Shown piece by piece: positions 17,028 to 26,768 of a stretch of DNA of 64,000 bases (positions are counted from its first letter, which is position 1; every line of letters begins with the position of its first letter). Position numbers and translations under genes: made by a program. The notes beneath the pieces are model-generated. The model saw only the letters and a list, made by a program, of their open reading frames with translations, was not told the DNA's origin and made no database searches. Location of the stretch: sequence record MN988522.1, one strand, 5' to 3'.

Positions 17028-18684
17028 TGAGTACGCTGAATACAGATGGCTCAACGAGATAGGATACGAATTCCTATCTCGTGACTATCTGCTTGAGAAT
17101 GAAACATGGGACGACAAGGTAAATGTTATCGTAGGTCGTGCTGCTGAAATCCTAGGTGATAAGGTACCCGACTTCTTCGAGAAGTTTAAGGGATATTATC
17201 AGAAGGGATACTATTCTTGGTCCAGTCCGATTATCTCGAACTTTGGGACCTCCAGAGGTCTTCCGATTAGCTGCTTCGGTAGTTATATTGAAGACTCAAT
17301 GGAATCGATTCTGTACACGTTTGCAGAAGTAGGAATGATGTCTAAGATTGGTGGAGGTACGTCTGGTACCTTTGACCAACTTAGACATAAGGGTGCTGAG
17401 ATCCGTGGAAACGGTAAGAGCTCAGGTCCAGTTCACTTTATGAGACTGTTTGATACGAATATCAATGTTGTCAGTCAAGGTAAGACTCGTAGAGGTAGCT
17501 TTGCTGCTTATATGAGTGTTGCTCATCCAGACATTATGGAACATCTCACTCTACGTAGTGAAGGCAGTCCAATTCAAGATCTTTCATTCGGTGTCACTAT
17601 TCCTGAAGGATGGATGCAGTCCATGCTTGATGGTGACAAGGATAAGAGAAAGATCTGGGCTCGTATCCTAGAGGTACGTGCAAATACTGGTTATCCTTAC
17701 ATCATGTTCTTGGATAACGTTCAGAACGGTAGACCAGACGTTTACAAAGATTACGATATGAGAATCACTCATTCGAATCTATGTTCTGAGATCATGCTTC
17801 CAGATAGTCCAGATGAGTCATTCGTCTGTGATCTATCTTCGATGAATATTCTTTACTACGATGAGTGGAAAGATACTGATGCAGTTGAGTATCTGACTTA
17901 CTTCCTCGATGCAGTTATGACTGACTTCATCGAGAAAGCCAGAAATATTAAGTTCATGGAACGTGCAGTAAGATTTGCTGAACGTCATCGTGCTCTAGGT
18001 ATTGGTCAGTTCGGATGGCATAGCTATCTTCAGAGCAAGATGATTCCATATGAATCTATTGAAGCTAAGATGCATGTCATTCAGATCGCTCGTAGAATCA
18101 AGGAGAAGGCTTATGCAGGATCAGCTAATCTAGCCACATGGTTCGGTGAGCCTGAACTCCTTAAGGGATATGGTCGACGTAACACTACGCTGATCGCTAT
18201 TGCTCCTACGAAGTCCTCAGCATTCATCCATGGTCAAGCATCAGAAGGTATTGAACCTTATCAATCCAATGCTTATATTAAGGATCTTCAGAAGGGTAAG
18301 TATACCTTTAAGAATCCTTATCTGAAGAAGTTACTAGCTGAGAAGGGATACGATAACGATCAGGTTTGGTCAGGTATCCTCAAGAATCGTGGATCTGTCC
18401 AGAATCTAGAGTTCTTGACTCCAGAAGAGAAGAGTGTCTTCAAGACATTCTCTGAAATCTCTGCTCGTGATGTTATCATCATGGTAGCTCAACGTCAGAA
18501 GTATGTTGATCAAGGTCAGTCTACGAACATCATGATCCATCCTAAGACTCCAATCAAGGATGTTCATGAACTGTATGTTGAAGGATGGAAGCTTGGTATC
18601 AAGTCATTCTATTATCAGTACAGTATCAATGCTGCTCAGGAATTCTCGAGAGATCTGGTTATCTGCTCGAGTTGTGAGGGTTAA
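17020..18684 (+). CDS. nrdA: Ribonucleotide reductase alpha subunit, short form without ATP cone (start at ATG 17020)
   Basis: SSPIISNFG, PISCF, QGKTRRGS, SNLCSEI, IAPTKSS, C-terminal CSSCEG. Confidence 0.96.
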   Translation: MTNEYAEYRWLNEIGYEFLSRDYLLENETWDDKVNVIVGRAAEILGDKVPDFFEKFKGYYQKGYYSWSSPIISNFGTSRGLPISCFGSYIEDSMESILYTFAEVGMMSKIGGGTSGTFDQLRHKGAEIRGNGKSSGPVHFMRLFDTNINVVSQGKTRRGSFAAYMSVAHPDIMEHLTLRSEGSPIQDLSFGVTIPEGWMQSMLDGDKDKRKIWARILEVRANTGYPYIMFLDNVQNGRPDVYKDYDMRITHSNLCSEIMLPDSPDESFVCDLSSMNILYYDEWKDTDAVEYLTYFLDAVMTDFIEKARNIKFMERAVRFAERHRALGIGQFGWHSYLQSKMIPYESIEAKMHVIQIARRIKEKAYAGSANLATWFGEPELLKGYGRRNTTLIAIAPTKSSAFIHGQASEGIEPYQSNAYIKDLQKGKYTFKNPYLKKLLAEKGYDNDQVWSGILKNRGSVQNLEFLTPEEKSVFKTFSEISARDVIIMVAQRQKYVDQGQSTNIMIHPKTPIKDVHELYVEGWKLGIKSFYYQYSINAAQEFSRDLVICSSCEG

Positions 18685-18947
18685 TGAATAAGCTCGACTA
18701 TTGTCACGATTGTGCGAGAGCTCATCTACAATCAGTAGTCGAGCGTATTGCTATTAAGAAGAATCTGAAATTAGAAGTAATAAATGCAGGCATACCTTGG
18801 CAGACTTTCATTGTTATGAATCGAGATAGTCAGTACTGGGTTCAGATTGACATGAAAATCGATCAGATCTCTTATCATGACATCAAAGAAGACTTAATGT
18901 TTTCGTATGTGGACCTAGATGCAACCTTAAGTGAGATTCTTAAATGA
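18684..18947 (+). CDS. Small CxxC protein following nrdA
   Basis: YCHDC near the N-terminus; TAATG overlap. Confidence 0.55.
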   Translation: MNKLDYCHDCARAHLQSVVERIAIKKNLKLEVINAGIPWQTFIVMNRDSQYWVQIDMKIDQISYHDIKEDLMFSYVDLDATLSEILK

Positions 18948-19402
18948 AAATCCGGACATCTCTTTCAATCCTGTTACTATCTTCATCCGTTGCATATGCT
19001 GATCCTAAGGTCAGTGAAGTTGATAAGATGACTCATGTCCCTTCATGGAAGATTCTGAGAGTTGTAGATGGAGATACTGTCAAGGTTATTCTTCCAGAGT
19101 CTCCAGATATTCCTGCACAGCTTCGAGAGATGAGCATTCGTATCTACGGTGTAGATACTCCTGAGAAGGGTGGTCGTGCTAAATGTGCTCAAGAAGCTGC
19201 ACTAGGTCGTAAGTCTACACAATTCGCTAAAGATATCGTCGACCCTAGTTCTGCACAGATCTATGTTCTTCAACATGATAAATTCGGTGGAAGAGTAGAT
19301 GGAGATATCGTAGTTAATGGAGTACCATTGTCCAAGATTCTTATTGACAATGGATTAGCTCATGAATACTACGGTGATACCAAGAAGTCCTGGTGTGATT
19401 GA
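18944..19402 (+). CDS. Thermonuclease (SNase-like) with signal peptide
   Basis: RVVDGDT, IRIYGVDTPE, DKFGGR; hydrophobic leader ending AYA. Confidence 0.9.
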   Translation: MKIRTSLSILLLSSSVAYADPKVSEVDKMTHVPSWKILRVVDGDTVKVILPESPDIPAQLREMSIRIYGVDTPEKGGRAKCAQEAALGRKSTQFAKDIVDPSSAQIYVLQHDKFGGRVDGDIVVNGVPLSKILIDNGLAHEYYGDTKKSWCD

Positions 19403-19459
19403 ACGAATTTGAGGTCCTAAAGCCTTCCTTGTCAGGTCGGTTTTAGGACCTTTTATTTT
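19403..19459 (+). terminator. Intrinsic terminator whose loop contains promoter-like motif copy 6
   Basis: AGGTCCTAAA/TTTAGGACCT stem followed by TTTTATTTT; ACGAA at 19403, GCCTTCCT at 19422. Confidence 0.7.
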
Positions 19460-19470
19460 AGAGGTTAGCT

Positions 19471-19833
19471 ATGGAATTCGGATTACTTCTATTTAAGCTA
19501 CTCGTAGGTCATGCTATATGGGACTATCCTGGACAAGGATTTCTAGCCGATCTCAAGAATTGTAATAAAGACTGTAAGTCTCTTTTGAAGAGCAACTTCG
19601 CAGTTGATAAGCATGCATGGATGTTCGGACTATTCTTCCATGTCCTACTTCATTGTGGAGCAGTTGCTTTTATTACTCAATCTGTCACTGCTACTATACT
19701 AGAATTCGTAGTGCATATTATTACGGATCACGTTAAATGTAAGGATAAGATCTCGTTTGTAACGGATCAGATTATTCATATCCTCACTAAAGTAGTTATC
19801 TGCATTATTGTACTCCACGGAGGATTTCCATGA
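19471..19833 (+). CDS. DUF3307-like membrane protein
   Basis: GHAIWDYPGQ...HVLLH...HIITDHVK. Confidence 0.75.
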   Translation: MEFGLLLFKLLVGHAIWDYPGQGFLADLKNCNKDCKSLLKSNFAVDKHAWMFGLFFHVLLHCGAVAFITQSVTATILEFVVHIITDHVKCKDKISFVTDQIIHILTKVVICIIVLHGGFP

Positions 19834-20000
19834 GTAGAGCAGACGATATTATTAACATTGTAAATTATATTACTCATGAAGATTCGATCCACAAGAAGGC
19901 TGCTCAGGCAGCTGACAAGATTAAATCTGATCGTAAATCTGCATGGGATAAAGATCTTGAACGTCTGAAAGACTCAGGATCTACAGGTACCAAATATTAA
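19830..20000 (+). CDS. Small protein MSRADDIL... (about 56 aa, below the ORF-track cutoff)
   Basis: ATGA overlap with the previous stop; GGAGG upstream. Confidence 0.55.
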   Translation: MSRADDIINIVNYITHEDSIHKKAAQAADKIKSDRKSAWDKDLERLKDSGSTGTKY

Positions 20001-20009
20001 GAGAAATCA

Positions 20010-20192
20010 ATGACCACAGCTTCAAGTCTAGAAGATATTGTCTATAGTATCAACAAAGTCTTGAGTTCTCCTATCGAATCGAGTGTTGCTCCTAGAATAA
20101 CGAGCACTCTGTCTTCTTTACTGAAGCTACAAGAGTCTCATATGAAAACTCTCAAGGATATTAAATCCAAGATGGAAAGCTCAGAGAGTTAA
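20010..20192 (+). CDS. Hypothetical protein
   Basis: ORF track. Confidence 0.55.
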   Translation: MTTASSLEDIVYSINKVLSSPIESSVAPRITSTLSSLLKLQESHMKTLKDIKSKMESSES

Positions 20193-20194
20193 CC

Positions 20195-20437
20195 ATGAGA
20201 AAAACATTGACTGATATTCCTATTCCTGCAGAGCGTAGATGTGCGACTCTGAAGGTAGTTACTAAAGTCCCTACTAAATACATCTTGATCGACTCTGAGA
20301 CAGGTCATGTTTACAGAGGAAATTCTTCTCACGATCAAGAGATTCATGGATATGATTGGAGATCACATAAAGTTGATCGAGATTTAGTACAGAAGGTGAT
20401 CTCAGAAGTCATCAAAGAAGAAGAGAATGTACTGTAA
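20195..20437 (+). CDS. Hypothetical protein
   Basis: ORF track. Confidence 0.6.
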   Translation: MRKTLTDIPIPAERRCATLKVVTKVPTKYILIDSETGHVYRGNSSHDQEIHGYDWRSHKVDRDLVQKVISEVIKEEENVL

Positions 20438-20864
20438 TCATTTCAAGAATCCTATCACCTGCTTGCAATGTACTCCTGAAGAACGTGATCAAGCAGTGGA
20501 AGTTGCTAAACAATTAATTAGATCAAGACCTGTAGTCTCTGAAATTCAAGAGTCTGAGGTACTTGATAAAATCGAACCTGTAGTTATTGTTGAAGAACCT
20601 GAGTCTCTGACTCCGCAGAATGAAACGATACCATTAAATATCGTAATTTCACCTGCACCACTTCCCGTAGATAAGAATCCTGTCATGTCTGAGAATACAA
20701 TTACTGTTAATCTTGAGACTGTAACTGGAGAATCCATCAGATTCGAGTGTTCTGTATGTGAAGATACTCAAGATCTGTTGTCAGCAATATCTCGTAACAT
20801 TAGTGCTAAGAATCCATCTCTCAAGAAGATGGTTATTCATAATCCTCGGAAAAATTCTGTATGA
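20427..20864 (+). CDS. Hypothetical protein with N-terminal C/H zinc motif
   Basis: CNHFKNPITCLQC. Confidence 0.6.
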   Translation: MYCNHFKNPITCLQCTPEERDQAVEVAKQLIRSRPVVSEIQESEVLDKIEPVVIVEEPESLTPQNETIPLNIVISPAPLPVDKNPVMSENTITVNLETVTGESIRFECSVCEDTQDLLSAISRNISAKNPSLKKMVIHNPRKNSV

Positions 20865-21196
20865 ACATTTCTAATCTAGAAGGTACTCTCTTAGTAAATG
20901 CTAAAGAGATAACTATGATTAAAGGATCTAAAGGATCTGGAAAATCTCACTGTGCCCATCTCCTCTTCAAAGATGCTACGGATAAGTGGGAATCTGTGCT
21001 ACTTATCGATGGTCCTAATAGTAAGCAACACATTCAAGTCAATCAGACTACTCGTGTTATTGACGTGGCTGCAGCTACTGTTGGTAGATCTTATGACAAA
21101 GTCATCTATGTCGATAATGATGAGAAGGACTTTAAAGTCGTCTCACTTAATAGTGATCTCAGAATCCGTCAAATCAGTGTCGGAGACGTCGACTAA
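20861..21196 (+). CDS. Very small P-loop-like protein
   Basis: GSKGSGKS followed by VLLIDG. Confidence 0.5.
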   Translation: MNISNLEGTLLVNAKEITMIKGSKGSGKSHCAHLLFKDATDKWESVLLIDGPNSKQHIQVNQTTRVIDVAAATVGRSYDKVIYVDNDEKDFKVVSLNSDLRIRQISVGDVD

Positions 21197-21197
21197 C

Positions 21198-21593
21198 ATG
21201 ATTAATTTGAATAAAGTAAGTACTCCGATTTGCAAGAGTGGATTTGAGATTATAATTCACTCGGATTCTCTGAGTAAACGAGAACGTGAAGCAGTAGCAC
21301 TGAGTCTACTCAAACAGGTCAAAAGACTTGATAAACGTACTCGTGTTGAGACGATCGAGCTTCAATTCGCTGAGATGCTTCATCCGAACATCTACGAGTG
21401 TTTGAAGACTCTAGTCCTAGATTCTACAGGTAGTATTGAATATTTTGATTCTGACCGTGTAGGAGATATCGATCGTTTGACTTGTGACTTGTACAAGTTT
21501 AATGATTTCGATGATGTCACTATGATTTCTCGTCGTGATGTTGAATGTGATGATGTAGCAACTATTGTTTTAACTATGAAAGTGAATGTATAA
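21198..21593 (+). CDS. Hypothetical protein (start at ATG 21198)
   Basis: GGAGA upstream. Confidence 0.55.
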   Translation: MINLNKVSTPICKSGFEIIIHSDSLSKREREAVALSLLKQVKRLDKRTRVETIELQFAEMLHPNIYECLKTLVLDSTGSIEYFDSDRVGDIDRLTCDLYKFNDFDDVTMISRRDVECDDVATIVLTMKVNV

Positions 21594-21692
21594 TGGGTAG
21601 TCCCGCACGTATTCTTAATGAAGTAGTCGCTGATTCTTCCAAGGATCGTAAGCTTAATGAGTCTCCTGAGAAGAAGGCTGAGAAGAAATCAC

Positions 21693-22022
21693 ATGAAGTT
21701 GGTATTTGATCGAGATAATCCAAACAATATGAGTGTTGGAGGTACGATTACTGTCGAGCCTTCATTCTCTTCTATGTATCCTCCATACAACATTCCATCT
21801 ACTAGTCCATATATTAAACCATATGATCTGACTCCTATGAGTCCGAATGTAGCTCCAATTCCATCATTCACACCTGCTACTACCATTCCAGGTATTGGAG
21901 TGTATTATACCAAGCGTGAAGATATCTTCTTTAAGATTCTGAACTTGCCTCGATTTGATGATAAGTCAATCGAAGAAGTATGGGAAGCATCTGGGAAAAT
22001 GGAGCAGATGTTTAAATCTTAA
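21693..22022 (+). CDS. Pro-rich hypothetical protein
   Basis: Probable start MKLVFDRD. Confidence 0.55.
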   Translation: MKLVFDRDNPNNMSVGGTITVEPSFSSMYPPYNIPSTSPYIKPYDLTPMSPNVAPIPSFTPATTIPGIGVYYTKREDIFFKILNLPRFDDKSIEEVWEASGKMEQMFKS

Positions 22023-22032
22023 GGAGAATTCC

Positions 22033-23526
22033 ATGAGTCAGGTGAGCACCATCAAGTTGGAGTTTGCTGATTTCTACAAGATCGCTCTATCATCTGACAG
22101 TCAATTTATTCTTGATTATTTCAGGAAATCTCTTTCAACTGAGTATGAAACATCTTATACTATTAACCTTAGAGGTGGTGGTAAAAAGAAGATAACTCAG
22201 AAGAAGGATATGAAAATCTATCAAGATCTGAAGTCATGCTTGCTAATCGATGCTGGTCTTGTGGACTACATCATAGCAAGCATTTCTACTCTATTGCGAG
22301 AGAACGGACCTGAGAATTTCAAGATTGAATCCTTGTTACCTAAGATCCAACCTCTCGTACTGAGTGAGAAGTGGTTTAAGATTTTTAATAGTCATCCTCG
22401 TGGTGAAGAATTTGCTAAGAATCAGTTAACTGATTTTCCTAAGATCACTTCTTCATTCGGCGGTACTGCAGAACTATTTACAGGATACGGTAAGACAGAA
22501 TTGCAATTATCTATTGCTGAATGTTTTACTGAACAATATCCAGGTAATGTCCTTATTCTTGCTCCAGATAATGCGATTAAAGATGAAATCTATCTTCGAT
22601 CTAAAAGATGGGAAGTTGATGTCGGAGATCGTGATTGGAGTAAAAGGATCAATGTAATCAATCCTGTAGGATTCATGAGATCCAAGGCATTGAGTAGTGA
22701 ATCGAGAGAGTGGCACTCTGACGTCAAGATGGTTTTAACTGATGAGTCTCATCACTTAACTGCAGAATCTTGGCATAAGATCTTTGGATTAATTTGTCAT
22801 CTTGATAGATCATACGGCTTCTCCGCATCTGTTGACGTTGGTGAAGGTCAGATTATGCTACCAGGTAGTACTACTCTGAAGAGTCTAGGACCTCGAAATA
22901 TGAAGATCGTAGGTTTGTCAGGTAGTCTTAAGGTACGTCGTAGACTTCCAGTTCCGGTATCTGTTCTTAGAGTTTATCATCGTGTAGCTGATCCTACAAA
23001 ATGTAGAGATCAAGACGGTTGGATGATCGCTTATGATCAAACAATTACGCAGATGAAATTTGCTGCAGATATGTTGAATACAATGGTAGAAACGGATCGA
23101 ATATTCTTCGTTCCGATTTATAAGAAGGAATCAGGATTCCAATTGTACAAGAATTTGATCTCGTTAGGGTCAAGTTCGATCTTTTGGACTTCAGATGAAC
23201 TTCATGTTAATGGTGAGAAAGTCACCACGGACAACCCTCTTGCATACGTTAAAGAATTTATGCGTAAAACTCCTGCAAGAACTCTAATATCGACACGATT
23301 TGAAGGTATCGATATTCCTAATCTTGACGGGATTGTACCACTTACAGGTACGAGTCATCGAATGACGATTCAGCCTGTAGGACGATCAGCACGTAATCAA
23401 GACGTGTTGGTTATTTTAATGTATGACAAGAATAATCCTATTGTTATGTATCAATCTAAAATACGCAGAAATAGAATCGAGAATGAATATAACATCGTGA
23501 GTTCGCGATCTAGAACAATTGATTAA
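22033..23526 (+). CDS. SF2 DNA helicase (UvsW-like; start at ATG 22033)
   Basis: AAGGAG RBS; TGYGKT, DESHH, GFSAS, EGIDIPNL, QPVGRSAR. Confidence 0.88.
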   Translation: MSQVSTIKLEFADFYKIALSSDSQFILDYFRKSLSTEYETSYTINLRGGGKKKITQKKDMKIYQDLKSCLLIDAGLVDYIIASISTLLRENGPENFKIESLLPKIQPLVLSEKWFKIFNSHPRGEEFAKNQLTDFPKITSSFGGTAELFTGYGKTELQLSIAECFTEQYPGNVLILAPDNAIKDEIYLRSKRWEVDVGDRDWSKRINVINPVGFMRSKALSSESREWHSDVKMVLTDESHHLTAESWHKIFGLICHLDRSYGFSASVDVGEGQIMLPGSTTLKSLGPRNMKIVGLSGSLKVRRRLPVPVSVLRVYHRVADPTKCRDQDGWMIAYDQTITQMKFAADMLNTMVETDRIFFVPIYKKESGFQLYKNLISLGSSSIFWTSDELHVNGEKVTTDNPLAYVKEFMRKTPARTLISTRFEGIDIPNLDGIVPLTGTSHRMTIQPVGRSARNQDVLVILMYDKNNPIVMYQSKIRRNRIENEYNIVSSRSRTID

Positions 23527-23553
23527 CCTCTAGAGAGGTTAATAAGCCTTCCT
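23527..23553 (+). promoter_or_regulatory. Promoter-like motif copy 7 (downstream box only)
   Basis: AATAAGCCTTCCT with GCC at 23546; upstream box absent, with palindrome AACCTCT-AG-AGAGGTT in its place. Confidence 0.55.
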
Positions 23554-23614
23554 TATTGAGGAGGATTTCTTAGATATCCCTATCAATTAGAAATTTTAAG
23601 TTGACGAGAATTAA

Positions 23615-24859
23615 ATGTCTGAAATAACTTTTGCATGCGCACTATCCAATCCTACCGTACGTTCAGCAATTAGAGGTCACGTATCGGAACTGAATTGGAA
23701 ATCTAAGCTTGCACAACAGATTGTAAATTTCTTTCTGAGTAAGACTGAAGCTAATGTTAATCCAGGATCTTTGAGAGCATTTCTAGGAAATGTATGTTTG
23801 GAGAATGAGATTGATAATCTTCTTGTCAAGATGAAGGATTATATGGATGCAGGAGAGAATGTCAATGACATCTTGCAATCCTTCGGAGACTTCTATGCTA
23901 ATAAGAGACTCACAGAGATTCTTGAAAGTAACAGAGGTACTGGTGCATCTGAAATCATTAAACGTGTTAATGAGATTAAGAAGATCGAATCATTCTCGAC
24001 TCCAATTGATTGTCTAGGTGAACTAGATATCGATAAAGTTATGGAGGCAGAACTAGGTGGAACAGCAATCCTACCTAGTAAGTTCGATCTGATTAAAAGA
24101 GCTACGCCATGGGCTGGATATCTTCGTGGTCAGGTAGTTCAGGTAGTTGCACCTCCAGGCGTTGGTAAGTCACTATTCCTAGCAAATGAGTCAGTCGAAA
24201 TGGCTCGAGCTGGTGCAGAAGGTTACTTCGTAGCACTAGGTGATATGATGAAAATCGACTTCATTGTCCGATTTACTTCAATCGTTACAGGAGTAGATTA
24301 TTATGACGTATCACTTGCTCCAAAGAAATATTATAGTGATGAAGTTAAGAATCTTCTGAAGAAGCTTCGAATCACAGTTCTACCTTCAGGTCAAATTGAT
24401 CCTGTAGCACTAGGTGAATTTATTGAGAATAAAGTCCAGCCAGCTAAATCACTGGACTATGTATGTGTTGACTACGATTCTAACTTTGCGAAGACAAGCG
24501 ATAGTATGTATGAAGAAGGTGGTATTGTTTACGATTCACTTTCTCGTATCTCTCGTCCTATGCATGCTCCGTATCGTCTAGTATTCGTAGCATCTCAGCC
24601 TAAGACTGCATTCTGGAATAATGAAGAACTTCCAATGGAGTGTGCAGCTGAATCATCTCGTAAGCAAGCCATTATCGACTTGCAAATCACGATTGGTAGA
24701 TCTCCTCAGATTAAGCAGTGTAAAGCTGGTGTTATGAAGGTAGGTAAGGCTCGTCGTGGTAAGGTGAATGAGAAGTCCTGGTATAAAGTTGAAGACTGTG
24801 GACGTCTCAAAGAAATTGAACAATCAGATTACGCTCTCTTGAAGTCTCATGAGGGTTGA
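23615..24859 (+). CDS. DnaB/gp41-like replicative helicase
   Basis: VVAPPGVGKS, CVDYD, FVASQ, ESSRKQAIID, KARRG. Confidence 0.88.
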   Translation: MSEITFACALSNPTVRSAIRGHVSELNWKSKLAQQIVNFFLSKTEANVNPGSLRAFLGNVCLENEIDNLLVKMKDYMDAGENVNDILQSFGDFYANKRLTEILESNRGTGASEIIKRVNEIKKIESFSTPIDCLGELDIDKVMEAELGGTAILPSKFDLIKRATPWAGYLRGQVVQVVAPPGVGKSLFLANESVEMARAGAEGYFVALGDMMKIDFIVRFTSIVTGVDYYDVSLAPKKYYSDEVKNLLKKLRITVLPSGQIDPVALGEFIENKVQPAKSLDYVCVDYDSNFAKTSDSMYEEGGIVYDSLSRISRPMHAPYRLVFVASQPKTAFWNNEELPMECAAESSRKQAIIDLQITIGRSPQIKQCKAGVMKVGKARRGKVNEKSWYKVEDCGRLKEIEQSDYALLKSHEG

Positions 24860-24892
24860 TATTAATAACCGCCATAATTTATTCCATCTTAG

Positions 24893-25342
24893 ATGAATGT
24901 GGAAATTTTATGGAATAAGCATTTGAGTGAATGGATTGAATTTGAAGGGATGATCCGATTTAAAACTAGGAGCATCCCCTCTGAAAATGATTTGTATAAA
25001 CCTAATTATCGTAGCAAGCATATGTACAAGAATCCTGAGATCGGTGGATATCAGGATGACTTTATCGAGCTTGGTAAGAAGACAGATTTAATTAAAGTAA
25101 GAGATTACGTTGACAAGTGGAGTGAGATTCGAGTTGAATTTCACTTCTACTTGCGATCTAATAGAAAGATTTGGGGTCTCGATGTAACTAATATGGTTAA
25201 GGCAACGGAAGATGCTCTTAAAGATATTACTAAAATTGATGACTCGAAGCATAAATCTGTAACATCTGAAAAGTATGAATCTGAAGACGAATACGAGTCT
25301 GTGAAAGTCGTATATCGAATGAAGTTAAAAGATGAAGCATAA
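24893..25342 (+). CDS. rusA: RusA-like Holliday junction resolvase
   Basis: DVTNMVKATEDAL...IDDSK. Confidence 0.75.
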   Translation: MNVEILWNKHLSEWIEFEGMIRFKTRSIPSENDLYKPNYRSKHMYKNPEIGGYQDDFIELGKKTDLIKVRDYVDKWSEIRVEFHFYLRSNRKIWGLDVTNMVKATEDALKDITKIDDSKHKSVTSEKYESEDEYESVKVVYRMKLKDEA

Positions 25343-25565
25343 TCTTTCTACATTAAAAACACTTTATAGTATCGACAAGAAGTCAGCAGCATCATTAATG
25401 GCGATGTTGTGCAGTTTAAATGAAGGTGAGGAGTTCCACTCTAATCTTGGTCGTATCAAGAAAGATGGAGAGAATTCCTTCAAGATTATATTTAACAACA
25501 ATACGATTAACAATATCGTAGATGAGTTAACAGATGACGGAAACATCAGTAAAATCTTTGATTGA
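25332..25565 (+). CDS. Hypothetical protein
   Basis: Coupled ORF. Confidence 0.55.
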   Translation: MKHNLSTLKTLYSIDKKSAASLMAMLCSLNEGEEFHSNLGRIKKDGENSFKIIFNNNTINNIVDELTDDGNISKIFD

Positions 25566-26682
25566 CGTTATGTCAGATAAGGTTTTAGAGCTCGTAGTAA
25601 TTTATCGTCAGACGAAGAGTTCTACTGATCTAAAGAATTTGTTAGATACAACAATTCTACTAGTGAAGTCTGTAAGAATTATCATATTGAATCTTCGTAA
25701 TGTGAGCAATGAAGATTTTGATCAGGATGTATGTCTTGATTTTATCTCCATGATTCTTACAGGACGAGACATTCAAAATCCTACCTATAAAATCAAGTCG
25801 ATCATCGAGTTCAGGATTAGAAATAATTCTCGGACGTATCGACTTGATGACGGTGACATGGACGTACTTGAAGATATGGAATCTTCAGACTATGTCGACA
25901 ATCGTCTATTAATCGATGAGATTATTAGACGAGAGACTGAAGGACTACCAGACCGTGTTGTAGTGCAGATTCTTTATTATGTATCGAATCCTGCCTACAT
26001 TAAGAACTATATAAAAATGGCTCCTGAGTGTCCTGAGAAATATGTTATTGTTCTCAAGACGTATTACATTCGAAGAAAGATCATGGACGATAAGTCTAAA
26101 GAACTAAACATTACAGTATCAAAGGATAGAGTTGCTAATCTACTTTTGATGTCAGGCTTGTACAATACTAGCCCACCAGCCTTCGTGCTACTTTCACTGA
26201 TGAAAGATTTTAAGAATCTTCTTCAATTCCTAGTCTTGTTCGAAGGTCAATCTATCAAAATACCTACTATTGAGCAGATTAATCATATCTTCTCAGATAG
26301 TAGTCATGTCTCGACAGCATTCGAGAATGATACATTGACGATCAATAACAAAGAGATGCTCGCATCACTTGTTACAGATACAGATCTTTCTCAGATCGAC
26401 GCGGATACTAAATTGAATAGGTTCATTGATGAATATCTATCTGAGCTTATCAACGTAGCTACTAAGAACTACGATGTGATTCAGACTAGACTTCTCAAGA
26501 ATATCGACTACACTGATACCAAGCGTGTCAGTGAAGCTTACAAGATTATCAATCAAGAGATGACTGCTCAAATTAAGTTGATGGGAGAAATCGTATCAAC
26601 TCTTAGTACGATCAAAGATATCAGATCTGCGATTGAGATGATCAAATCAAACAAAGAAGATAATTCTTCTAATAGTGTTTAG
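25534..26682 (+). CDS. Hypothetical helical protein with sigma-region-2-like N-terminus and Mor-like segment
   Basis: LLVKSV...EDFDQD...TYKIKSII; NLLQFLVLFEGQSIKIPT. Confidence 0.4.
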   Translation: MTETSVKSLIDVMSDKVLELVVIYRQTKSSTDLKNLLDTTILLVKSVRIIILNLRNVSNEDFDQDVCLDFISMILTGRDIQNPTYKIKSIIEFRIRNNSRTYRLDDGDMDVLEDMESSDYVDNRLLIDEIIRRETEGLPDRVVVQILYYVSNPAYIKNYIKMAPECPEKYVIVLKTYYIRRKIMDDKSKELNITVSKDRVANLLLMSGLYNTSPPAFVLLSLMKDFKNLLQFLVLFEGQSIKIPTIEQINHIFSDSSHVSTAFENDTLTINNKEMLASLVTDTDLSQIDADTKLNRFIDEYLSELINVATKNYDVIQTRLLKNIDYTDTKRVSEAYKIINQEMTAQIKLMGEIVSTLSTIKDIRSAIEMIKSNKEDNSSNSV

Positions 26683-26687
26683 TTCGA

Positions 26688-26714
26688 GCGAAGTTAGGTG
26701 CGATAAACCTTCCT
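26688..26714 (+). promoter_or_regulatory. Promoter-like motif copy 8
   Basis: GCGAA at 26688, ACCTTCCT at 26707. Confidence 0.7.
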
Positions 26715-26768
26715 TCTTCGTTGAGCGGATTCGAGTTATTGAATTCGTTCATTTAATGTGAGAGAAAT

